A stretch of 57,226 nt of DNA from positions 1-57,226 of the forward strand of contig CDMY01000529.1 of assembly GCA_001179505.1 (NCBI GenBank). The letters run 5' to 3'. This document shows, piece after piece, positions 47,081 to 57,226 of the stretch. The position numbers and the translations under genes were made by a program. A model generated the notes under the pieces. The model had not been told where the DNA came from. It saw only the letters and a list, made by a program, of their open reading frames with translations, and searched no databases. This DNA is from Vitrella brassicaformis CCMP3155 (lineage: Eukaryota; Protista; Chromerida). The first letter of the stretch is position 1; every line of letters starts with the position of its first letter.

Positions 47081-50000
47081 ATGAAAGACACGCGGCATGG
47101 CAGCCCTGCCGAGCCTCAAGACAGCACCTCCGGGCGCCGCACCGCCCCTGATGACCACCATCAAGGGTCATGCACGACTCCTGCTCGGCAGGAGCGTCAA
47201 ACCCAACCGCCGGCTGCCGGTGCTGCTGCCGCTGCTGCCGGTGCCGGCGGTGGTGCTGCCGATCCCACCACCAAAGCATCGGCGTTTCTCGAGCGCTGTT
47301 TTCCCGTCGTCCGGCGCATCATTCATTTTTTCACTGTCCTGGGGTACCTGGTGGAGATGGCCGTTCTGCTGGGTGTCTTCATCACTGGGCTGCTGATTCC
47401 CCTCTGGCTGGAGCTCGTGCTGGCCCTGCTCTCCCTCCCCTACGCCCTCATCGTGGCCAGCGGGTGCATCATGCTCACCATGACTGTCCTCAACATCGGC
47501 AGCCTCCTCTTCGCCGCCTACTTGGATGACAACAGCCCTCTTGCCGCTCCGCCCAAGAGGCCAGCAAAGAGGAAAGAGCCCCCAGCTGAGTCGGCTGATG
47601 CCAATGGCGCCACGGCCCTTGCAAAGGCGAGTCAGATTGAGGCGGAGGAGGATGGCAACTCGGCTGCGGCCGATGAGGAGCAGCGGCGGGCGACGCGCAG
47701 GCGACAGAGGAAGAGAAGTACGTCATTCTTCGGTAGTGGGTGGAGCTGTTGGACGTTGTTTCTGACGACGCTGCTTAGGATCCCCTCTGCCCTCGCGACA
47801 TGCACCGCTGCGCTGGCGGTGCTCGTATTGGTACGCAACAAGACAGACAGACACCGCTGCGGACTGAAATTGTTCTCAGTCAGTCACGACCCGACCCACG
47901 CCATCATGGAATGACTGTATGTTGCGTGTGTCGTGTCAGATATCCGATCATCGTCACCTGCCTGCCACGTCCCCCTCCCCCTCTGTGCTCTGCGGCTCAC
48001 CCCCCCACAGCACACCCCTCTCACCCACCACCTTCGACCGGCCCCTGTGGCTTTACACGACCTGGTACCACCAGGCCCACGACGACCTGCTCGGCATCTG
48101 TGTGCCGCAGGAGGTCTTCAACGTGCTCAACTGCACCAAGGACGAGCCTGTGCGTGACGAACAGGGCGAGCTGAATGCCGGCCGGCTGCGGGGGATGGTG
48201 TATGGCGCCTTCAGCGAGGAGCTTGGGAAGGGTGTGGGGCGGATTCCGACTAACGCGTTTGTGCAGCAGTACCGGCGGTCGCTTGATGGCTACAATGTGA
48301 CGACGGAGAGGATCCAGCAGTTCCTCACGCTTGCAAAAATCGCGGAAACGAGACTCCAGTAGGCTGTAGCAGCTGCTGCATGACATGACAAACATCCGCC
48401 CGCCCATATGGATTGATTCTTTTCCCCTTTTTTCTGTCTTTCTTTCGCATTTTCAGCTGCGCCGGGGTGTGCGAGCCCTCGCCGCCCATATTTATCGGCA
48501 ACACCATCTTCGACGTCAACACTGCCCTCGCGGCCTGCGTGCCCCAGTTCGAGCACTACCTGGTCACCAAGTCGCCCCTTCGCCCCCTTGCCCTCCTGCT
48601 GCTCTTCTGCGGCCTCATCATGGCCACCAGCCAGCAGCTGTGCCTGGGGCTGGCCATCTACATCGCCGTCAAAGTCTGCCTGAGGCGGCGCCAGAAAGGT
48701 CTGGCGAAGAAGAGGGCAGGGGTGACGACGGCAGTGGTCAAGGCCAAGCCGCAGACCCCCGGTGCGACTGCCACGGCATCGGCTGTGGCCAGCGACAAGC
48801 GGCCGGTGGAGGTGCATCTAGATCTGGTGGTGCGGTTCCCCGATGAGACACAGTCGCCTGACGATGGCGAGGGGGAGGAGGGGTCGAGCTATCCCAACAC
48901 AGAGCAGAGAGAGGGAGAGGGCGAGGGATCTGCAGAGGGTGACGACGGCTGGGCGGACGAGCTGGCAGACGACGAGAGCGACCATCGGAAGCCTTCACCT
49001 CTGCTCAGGCCGGCGTTGGAGGGCGTCAGCGTCAGCACCGGCACACAGGCCGATGTGGCAAAGTCGGAATGTGGGCAGGGAGGCAAGGAGGAGCATGAGA
49101 CGCAGGTGGAGATGGACCAGGCGGTGTCCACCGCCAGCAGCCGCCACGAAGGCGAGCACACCCACCAGACCGACGAACAGGACGAGACGACCACCCACAC
49201 CGTCACGTCCCTGCCCTCCCCTCCGTCCCCTCCACTCACCAACATCACCCACCAGCAGCCAACACCCACCACAATCCCCCACCGCCCCTCGCCCCCATCA
49301 ATCTTCTCGGTGTCATCGGCAACGTCATCGTCTTACCTTGGCAGCCAGGCCGAGACCCTTGCCGGTTTTAGCGACATGCTCGAGGAGCCCATTCAGTCGT
49401 ACCTCTCAAAGCCGCGGGCACGCAGCGAGAATGGCGACGACGGCGGCAGGAAGACCACCTCCACCCCCAGACACCGCTCGCCATCCCTCGATCCCAAGGC
49501 CACACAGGGCGCCACTCGGCAGCAGCATCAGCAGCAGCAGCAGCAGCAGCGGGCGCTCTTTCGCGACTTGGCGCCTTCAGACCTGCAAGGCGGCCACTCG
49601 CCGCTGGACTGCACGGGCAGACAGAGCGACACGGGCACTGTAGGCGGCCTGACAGCGCTGTTTGACGAGCCGGTCGACACCTACATCAACAGCGTCGAGG
49701 AGAGGCGGAGACTCAGGAGCCTCACGCCCGTGACGGCCGGCAGCAGCCGGCATCGCAGCAGCACTGACGGCAGAGTGCAGACAGGGGCGGCTGCCACCAC
49801 ACCCACGGCGAGCAACGACAAGTCCGAATTGCGTCGGCCGGAAAGGCGTCAGCGTCATTCTGGGCGGCGCGCAGCACCAGATGCGCAACCAGCCTCTCAG
49901 CCAGAGGGTCGTGAAATGTCACGACCCGAAGGGCGCGAAGCACTCCACCGCCACAGCCACCGACGGAGGCGACACGACCGCGGGCGTGAGGGGCGTGAGC

Positions 50001-50317
50001 ATCACGTCGAGGCCGTCTCCTTCCCGCCGTCCCTCTCCGTCCCTCCCCGACGTCCGCTTCGCGTGGGTCGAGAGCACGCCAGCAGCGCTGAGAGGGCACA
50101 GACCCCGAGTACGTCACGCCACAAAGATAGAGATAGAGAGAGGGAGAGGGAGAGGGGGAGGGATCGGTCGCGGGATCGGCCGCGGGATGAGAGGGAGAGG
50201 GTGAGGAGAAGCCGGCATCGGAGGACTCGCGAGCACTGCCGCAGGCGGCGGACAGACGGGGAGAGGAGAGACACAGACACAGACAGACGAGAGGGAGAGA
50301 GACAGAGACACGAGTAG
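47081..50317 (+). CDS. Uncharacterised multi-pass membrane protein with Cys-containing loop and long disordered R/E/S-rich tail; 3 exons
   Basis: ORFs 47009-47914, 47919-48362 and 48413-50317 join in phase (CA|gtaggc...tttcag|C gives HCAGVCEP); several hydrophobic helices; tail with RDRERERERGRDRSRDR. Confidence 0.7.
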
Positions 50318-51772
50318 CAATCGGAGATAGATAGATCCTATGGATGATCCATGTGTGTGTGTGTGTGTGTGTGTGCGCGTACTGACGTATGACATAGTCG
50401 ATCGTTTTTCCGGTGTTTGTTGATACCGAATCAGATTGACCTGAGTGTGCTCGTGCGTGCCCACTGTGTGTGCCTTGCGTACATTCATTATTGCATACAT
50501 CAGTCACGTCGCTGTTCTTTGAGAGAGAGTGTGAGTGAGGACGCTCAATGAGGCGTCTGGTTGGCTGGCTGGCTGGCTGGTGGAGACAGTTTTGTACACA
50601 CACGCCCAGAGAGGGATTAATGAAGGGCTGGGTGGGCGGATGAGGGGGGGGGGTTCTTTCCTTTCTTCCCTCCTTCCTGATGTTTTATGTGTTTGTATTG
50701 TGTTGAGTGTATCGTGTTGTGCATCAGCGGTGCACAATGATTGATTGACAGATCTGACAGATAGCGGTCTTCGTACGTCCATGTGCGCAGCGAGTGCCCA
50801 GTGCACTCAATGCAGACAGACAGACAGACAGACAGATGTCGATAGTACAGTGAAGTGAATGTGTGTGTATTTTGTGCGGTGGGTGGGTGGCGTGAGTGAG
50901 TGAGTGGGTGAATGTGTGTGGATAAGAGAGTGATGAATTCAGGAGTGCGTGCCGACCGACCAAGATCATTCGGTGCATTACGGCACTGGGAAAGCAGTCA
51001 TGTTCGGTGTGCTAAGTATACCGATGATCTATCAATCAATCCGTTAAGTATACCAGCGGTAAGTATGTCAGAAATCGCTGACAGACCATAATGAGTCCAT
51101 CCATCCATCCATCTCGCTGGCTGCCTACTCACCGACCCTCCCCCCCTCCCCTGCCCCCGGTGTCCCATCACGTTCGTCAACCACGAGAGACAGAAGGCTC
51201 AATCCAACACTAACACACACACACACACACGCACTCACGCACACACACACACGCATACAACACGACAGCAAGGGCTAATTCACCTACCTACCCACCACGA
51301 CAGGGCGAACTTCACAGTATCGCTTCCGATCAGTGAGAACGCGGATTGAACTCTCAAAGACGACACGATAATTCTCATCCAGGCAGACGGACAGACAGAC
51401 ACGCTCCATGCATACTCCCTCCACACATGGTCACAGCCAGCCAGCCAGCCAGCCAGGCAGGCAGGCAGCCAGGCAGCCAGCCACACGCATAAAGCGCTGA
51501 GAGAGTCACTCAGACGGAGCAGTGCAGTGCACGCAGTGTTGGATCATGCGCTGCCTTACTTGAGGCCTCACAAACTGTCTGTCCAAGGTGTCCACACACA
51601 GCAGCGAAAAAGGCCACTCAAGAGAGATACCACCACATAATTGAATGGACGAGCTGCCCACAGGCAATCAGCACTGTTATGCACACCACTCACAAGCAAA
51701 CGACATAACTCCCCCAGTGCGATGTATGTCGGTCAGCCAACATCGTCTGTCTGCACGTCCCATGTCAGTCAG

Positions 51773-52255
51773 TCACTGGTCGGTCATCCTTCCTTCCTTC
51801 TTTCGTTTCTTGGTCATCACCGTGTCGTTGGCGGGTCCGTCCCTGTCGTGTGAAGGCGGAGGCACGGCGGATTCCGGAGCAGCATCTAAACAGACGACAG
51901 AGCACGGCGTCTGCATACGTGTGTCCTCCCACGCTGTGAGTGTGCGTTCGCTCACTTTTCAGCAGCAACTTCGGGAGCTGCTTCTTGAGTTCCTCCTCCT
52001 CCGTGTCCAGAAGCCACACGGCAGCGGCGACCTTGGTGAAGCGGTCTGTCTCGAGCGCTTCCAGCATCTTTAGGACACACACAGAGAGATGCCGTGCGTG
52101 TGTGTGTTGTCTTGTCTTGTTGACAATGTGTGCTGTGTATGGTTTGCCTGTCGATGCTCCTTCTCATCCGGCCAGAGCTTCCGGATAACATCAGGAGTCT
52201 TCTCCATGGCATCGGCAAGCTGCTTATCCGATATAGACGTCAGAGAACTGCCCAT
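51773..52255 (-). CDS. Small hypothetical protein (~110 aa), 3 exons, C-terminal basic NLS-like KKRKK; first intron probably GC-AG
   Basis: MGSSLTSISDKQLADAMEKTPDVIRKLWPDEKEHRQ|MLEALETDRFTKVAAAVWLLDTEEEELKKQLPKLLLK|NAAPES...TKKRKKEGRMTDQ; the only frame-preserving first donor is CAG|GCAAAC. An upstream ATG at 52366 is possible. Confidence 0.55.
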
Positions 52256-52313
52256 CTTCGCAAAGGAGCGTGTTTCTTCCCTGTCGACGAGCAGTTTCAC
52301 GTAATATCCTAGC

Positions 52314-55090
52314 ATGACATTAAGCTCGCAGTCCAAATCTGCCCTCCCCCACCAATCCGGCCACATCTTCACCACGATGAGCACAGGATTGCCGCCACCG
52401 CCCCCTCCGTTCCATCCGAACTGTTCCGTGACGGGCGAGCCGATGTGCAACTGCCCCTTCGCTCCCTCTCCTCCCCTGCCCTTCACACCTGACACGCGCG
52501 GAGTGAGAGAGTCGGCCACACGCCGCCCTTCGCCTCCTGTCGGACAGCCCAAGCATACGCAGCCGGGCGTCTTGGCTGTGTCGCGGAGGGTGGCTGTCGA
52601 TGGCAAGATGGAGGAGAGGGCCTGGCTGCCAGCTCATCTGGAGTGTCTGCCGCCTGCCGTCAGTGTGTCATCTCTGTTGCCGCCCGACAAGTGTGCCGAT
52701 GACGGGATGAGCAACGTGGTGCTGTCGGCGAGGAGTGTCAAGGACTACGCGATGGCGATGAGTCGGTGGTTGAAGAGGGAGAGGAAGGGGTACCTCGACG
52801 ACAGGGCCAGGGTGGTCGCATCCGTCGTCCCCACATGCTTCTTGTGCGATGAACACGGTGAGGGAAGGGGGTCTGGCGTGCTGTCTGCGTGTGCGACGGC
52901 TGGGAATATATATGTGTGTCCGTGTTGTGGGTGTGGGTGTTCAGGCAGCCACAAGGGCACTGGTTTCTGCAAGTACTGTCTGGGGTTTGAGGCGCGGCCC
53001 GACGCGCCTCCCGACACCGTGCCCATGGTGTGTCGGCGGGACAACTGCCGCGAGCGGTTCCGCAACATCGATGACATGCTCATCTGTGGAGGATGCAGGA
53101 CAACAATCCACGCCAAGTGTGTGAGGGACCAGACAGACAGACACAACTGAAGAGATGCGCACGTGTGCATGGGGGCTGCGTGGGAGGAGGGGACGCATCG
53201 ATGACACTCATTCCTACGTGGTGCGTGTGTGTTGTGTGTTGTGTGTTGTTGCAATTGACGCGCATCGACAATAAATGCAATGCCTGCAGGTGCTGTGACC
53301 CTCCGTTGGTGTGGCTGCTGGTCACCATGTTCCCCTGGAGATGCCCTGACTGCAAGGTCGGTCCGTCGGCAACACCACACAGACAGACACAGAGGGATGA
53401 GCATCCCGCCTCTGTGCATTGACCTTCTTCTCTCCCTGTGTGTGTGTGTGTGTGTATGTGTGTCAGAGGTGCAGTGTGTGTGGGAGGCGGCAGGACAGCG
53501 CATCCCTTGTGAGGTGCGCCGTGTGTGACCGGGCCTTCCACATTGGGTGCCTCACACCGCCACTAGACAAGGTGGGTGGGCCATGATTCACCAAGAGAGG
53601 GGCGGTGTTCCCATTAAGCGGCGTGTCTGTCTGTCTGTCTGTCTGGGTGCTTGTCTGTCTGTCTGTCTGTCGAATATTCAGGTGCCCGATGGCCACCAGT
53701 GGATGTGCGCCACGTGCGGCAAGTGCTCGACCTGCGCCAAGGACCTCGCAATAGAGGAGGCAAAGGTGCGGACCAACCACAGAGGAATCCACCCCACACC
53801 GGCGGGCATGTGAGCTGTCTTGGTCTGTGTGCCCTCCAGGACACTAGTGCTGCCTCTCTGCTCCATCGGCAGTGCACCGTCTGCAAGGAGGGCCCCAAGC
53901 CACCACCACCACCACAGCAGCAGCAGCAACAGGGTTCCACCGCCGCCGCCGCTGCTGCTGCCGCTGCTGCTTCTTCAGCAGAGACGAGGGATCTCTGCGG
54001 CGTGTGCGGCAAGCCGCCGCCGACGCCGGAGCCAGCAGCTGAGGGCAAGCCAGAGGAAGAGACGCCTGTGCCGACGTGTACCATCTGCCACAAAGGTCAG
54101 CCAGTCAGCGCCAGAGGCCACAGACAGACAGACAGACATCACCTTTTGCCCTTGTGTGTTCAGTCGTGCATCGAGAGTGCAGCGTCGGCCCGGCCCACAA
54201 GAGACGGCGCGTCGAGGCGCCCCCGGCACCCGCGGCAGCCGAGAGAAAGGAGGATCACGGCGCGGCGATGGACGTGGAGGTGTGTGAGGACCGGCAGGCC
54301 AAGCGGCCGAGGGAGTGGGTCGTCTGCATCGTGTGCCATGAGATAGAGGAGGCATTCTTGTAGACAGACAGACAGACCACGGCCACCCACCGGCAAGCAC
54401 TGCACTGGCAGACGGATGACGACCCGGTCCGGTGCTCGGTGCGTGCGATATGCATGAGAGTGGGTGGGTGGGTGGATGGGTCAGTGTGTGTTGTGTGTTG
54501 GATGGAGGCGGTGTGGGTGATTCTCGTCGTCGTCCCTCACAAACAGGACAGGACGACATGGGAATGACTCTCACCCCCGCTCGGGTACCCATCAGGAGCC
54601 AACGACACACACTGAGCTCACTGAAGGCGTGTTACACTTGACTGATAGCAACAGTGAGTGATATCAGACTTACGAGGGCTGCATTGCAATCCACTGACGG
54701 ACGTTGAGTCCAACGTAGATGGAGGCACATCACACGACCTTTCACTTCACGCACAAACACAAACATACAAACATACTTACAGACGCGTCCACGACACCCG
54801 GCGGCGCCGCCGGGAAGAAGACCCACCTCTCTCTCTCTTTCGCTCCTTTGTGTGTGAGTGTGTCCCTTTGAGTGACTCGTACGAGTGGATGCGCCCCCCC
54901 CCTGACACGGCTGCAAACACATGCTTTCAGGCATGTGCTCACCCCTGTGTCAGCAGGGCGATGTATTCCACCGTATGAGACAACACGCGCGCCCCGCATG
55001 ATCAGGGGCACAGAAAAGAAACCACCGGACGCCACGTACAAAGACGCACTAGATAGAAAGACATCAGCGGCCAACGTGCTCATGTGGGTA
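52314..55090 (+). CDS. Multi-PHD-finger chromatin reader (double-PHD, DPF/KMT2-like); start (52314 or 52377) and 3' end uncertain
   Basis: MLICGGCRTTIHAKC...WRCPDCK|RCSVCGR...LVRCAVCDRAFHIGCLTPPLDK|VPDGHQWMCATC (C4HC3 PHDs) plus further CxxC pairs. Confidence 0.8.
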
Positions 55091-55183
55091 CGAGATAACA
55101 CACCACACCCAGCAGGCACAGCCGCTGAGGCGTGTGCCGCTCCTCTCCCCTCCCACCCTATACCCCCACACTAGCTCATTCGA

Positions 55184-55216
<33 letters not shown>

Positions 55217-55310
55217 TCTGTCGTCGGCCGACCTATCGCTACCTGCCACTTGCCTGCCCCCACACCACACCACACCGGTCCTCCTGCCCGTATTTGACTA
55301 ATTTCCCTGA

Positions 55311-56763
55311 CTAATTTCCCTGTGTCTTCTCCTCCTCAGCCCCCTGCTGTCGGCAAGCTGCACACAAAGACACACAGACACAGACAGACACAAGGGGTCG
55401 CTGGAATGGATCGATGGTTGGATGGATGGATGGATGGATGAGTGTGTCTATCTACGTACGCACCGTCGACTGACATTTCGACCGCAGGAGCCGCAGCAGC
55501 AGCATCTGCGGCAGCAGGTGGTGCAGCGGACTCGGCGGGCTCAGCAATCACCTCACCGGCCGCCCCTCCCCCTGCAGCAGCAGCAGCAGCTGCTGCTGCT
55601 GCAGCGGCACCAGCCGCCGGTGCAGGTGCGGCCTCGTCGCCGCCTTCCTGCATGGAGGGCGGCAGGCCCTCCTCACGCTCCTCGGGCTTGAGGCAATACA
55701 GACGTTGCAGACACGCCGTGCGAAACGCTGCAGCCATCGATCGACACACAACACAAACACATGAGGCCAGTCCATGCGTCCCCTTTTCCCTCCTTCCCTC
55801 CCTCCCTCGTCAGTCTCTTGTTTGCTGACCATCTCGTATGGCCTTTTGGGTGAGCTCGGGGACGTCCACCTTGCCTCCGCATCGCGACCCGTCCTGCGTC
55901 TTCTTCTTGTTGAGGTCCAGCACGAAGTGCGGCTTGTTGGCACCGTGCTTGACGCCGGCAAAGGTCACGCCTGCGAAGGTGGAGAACTGCTGCTTCTTGT
56001 CGGCAATGAGCTTGCGGGCGAAGGTGTCAGCCTCCGACTTGGTCATGACCTCGTCGGGCTGTCGGGGTGGGCCGTTGGCCTCGACCGTGCTCTCGTCGCC
56101 ACCGCCAGCACCGCTGGCAGACACAGGAGCCTGGGGAAGGGGAGAGAGAAGGCTCATATGAAGGAAGGGCAGGAATGGCTCACCCACCCACCCACCTGTT
56201 GGTTGTCGTCCCACAGGTCGCCTCTGGGGCGCTCAGCCCCCTCAGGTTTGGTCACCTTGATCCGGGTGCTGCGGCCCGCCCGCATCCCGCCCTCTTTCTT
56301 CTCAGCCTCCCGCTCTCGCTTGCGGCCGCCGCTGCCGCTGCCGCTCGACCCAGCCGACGCAGCCACGGCATCAGCTGCAGCCGAAGCGCTGGCAGTGCGC
56401 CCGATGAAGTAGGTCTCGCCGTCCTTGAAGCAACCCATAGGGATCCACACACCTGAATGAGAACGAGAACCACAGACGGTCTACGTTTTAACTTGCGGCT
56501 GGTGTGCTGTCTGTCTGTCTGTCTGTCAATGCCTACCTCTGCTGTCCTGCACGTGGAAATCATCCTTGATGCCGAAGATGTCCTTGACGTACTTGACAAA
56601 GTCCTCTTCCTGCAGGGGAACCAACGAAGGAGCAAACACAAGATGCCATCTACAGGCAGATCAGCCAGTTCATCTCACCTACCTGCCACGTGGGCCGGAC
56701 CTTCATGGTGACTTCTGCGCCGCCATTGCGGTCACACACTTTGATCTCGATGGGAGATGACAT
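55311..56763 (-). CDS. Protein with N-terminal ubiquitin-like/PB1-like domain and a divergent AP2-like domain; multi-exon
   Basis: MSSPIEIKVCDRNGGAEVTMKVRPTWQ|EEDFVKYVKDIFGIKDDFHVQDSR|GVWIPMGCFKDGETYFIG; later FAGVTF...HFVLDL...GKVDV...AIRD|AFRTACLQRLYCL; Ala-rich tail. Stop at 55311 or 55336 depending on acceptor choice. Confidence 0.6.
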
Positions 56764-56877
56764 CTTCCTTCGACACTCGTTAGATGGTGATGCCAAAGCC
56801 ATACAAAACTGCCAGGATCGGAAATCAGATTGCCGTTTCGTTTGTCAATCAAATGTGGTCGGTCATTCCAATGAAGT

Positions 56878-57044
56878 GGAAACTGTCATTAACCGTAACA
56901 CTCGTCTGTGTGTCCGTGATACTCATACAAATACAGTCCCATCAGCACGCAGACTCAAACAGGCTCAAGGGGAGGAGGGATCAATCCCCGCCCCATCAGC
57001 ACACCCCAGTCCCGCAAACCCTCCCCTCCCTCCCCCACGCAGAC
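56878..57044 (-). repeat. Right copy of the perfect 167-bp inverted repeat (partner 1-167)
   Basis: Exact reverse complement of 1-167. Confidence 0.97.
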
Positions 57045-57226
57045 AGAAGCTAGTCGCACGCGCGAGGGCGATAGACAAGCGAGAGCGAATCCATCCAGAC
57101 ACATGACTGAACCCCCGACCCTTCCACCCCTCCTTCTCCAACAGCGCATGAGCCATGTGGGCGATGAACACGTTGGCATCGTGTCCCCACACACCGTCAC
57201 ACGTCACCACCAGAGGGCAGAAGGTC
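56965..57226 (-). CDS. Partial 3' end of a gene running in from the right edge, weakly PP2C-like
   Basis: Frame open to the window edge: LVVTCDGVWGHDANVFIAHMAHALLEK resembles the PP2C LILASDGLWD motif; this is the only motif, so support is weak. Confidence 0.25.
   Translation of the reverse strand, partial: TFCPLVVTCDGVWGHDANVFIAHMAHALLEKEGWKGRGFSHVSGWIRSRLSIALARATSFCLRGGGRGGFAGLGCADGAGIDPSSP

Noticed and set aside
50318-51772. Short ORFs between the membrane-protein gene and the small minus-strand gene
   Set aside because: Microsatellite-rich convergent 3' flanks with no coding signal.
168-56877. 57-kb Polinton, giant transposon or endogenous virus bounded by the terminal inverted repeats
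   Set aside because: No integrase, transposase, pPolB, capsid or packaging ATPase is recognisable; the interior is spliced housekeeping genes.

Overview
Gene-dense, intron-rich eukaryotic nuclear DNA with GC-rich exons and short introns packed with (CA)n/(GT)n/(GACA)n/(GGAT)n microsatellites. Gene content (bipartite plastid-targeted proteins, an intronless ankyrin family member, an AP2-like domain) and intron style point to a chromerid alga, most likely Vitrella brassicaformis (inference). About 19 genes or gene remnants are present: patatin/SDP1-type lipase, a small triple Cys-pair (CX9C) protein, a plastid OPR/HPR-like helical-repeat protein, an ankyrin protein, three F-box-like proteins, two HSP20 copies (one truncated), a U-box/TM E3 ligase, AP-4 beta, thylakoid cyclophilin CYP38, a GST (spanning a 300-N gap), ERMP1, a disrupted Crinkler-like Ubl gene, an unknown membrane protein, a PHD-finger protein and a Ubl+AP2-like protein. 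The most unusual region is 13.6-28 kb: a tandemly duplicated cassette [PIP-box + F-box-like gene (+) / HSP20 (-)] in which each F-box copy carries a different single reading-frame lesion, and the two cassettes are separated by a ~0.8 kb insert containing telomere-like repeats and a duplicated hairpin-rich unit joined to a tRNA-derived Pol III A/B-box head. Bases 1-167 are an exact inverted copy of 56878-57044. Many introns appear to carry (AC)n near the donor and (GT)n near the acceptor in place of a polypyrimidine tract. Exon boundaries were read by eye and are approximate; no database searches were run.
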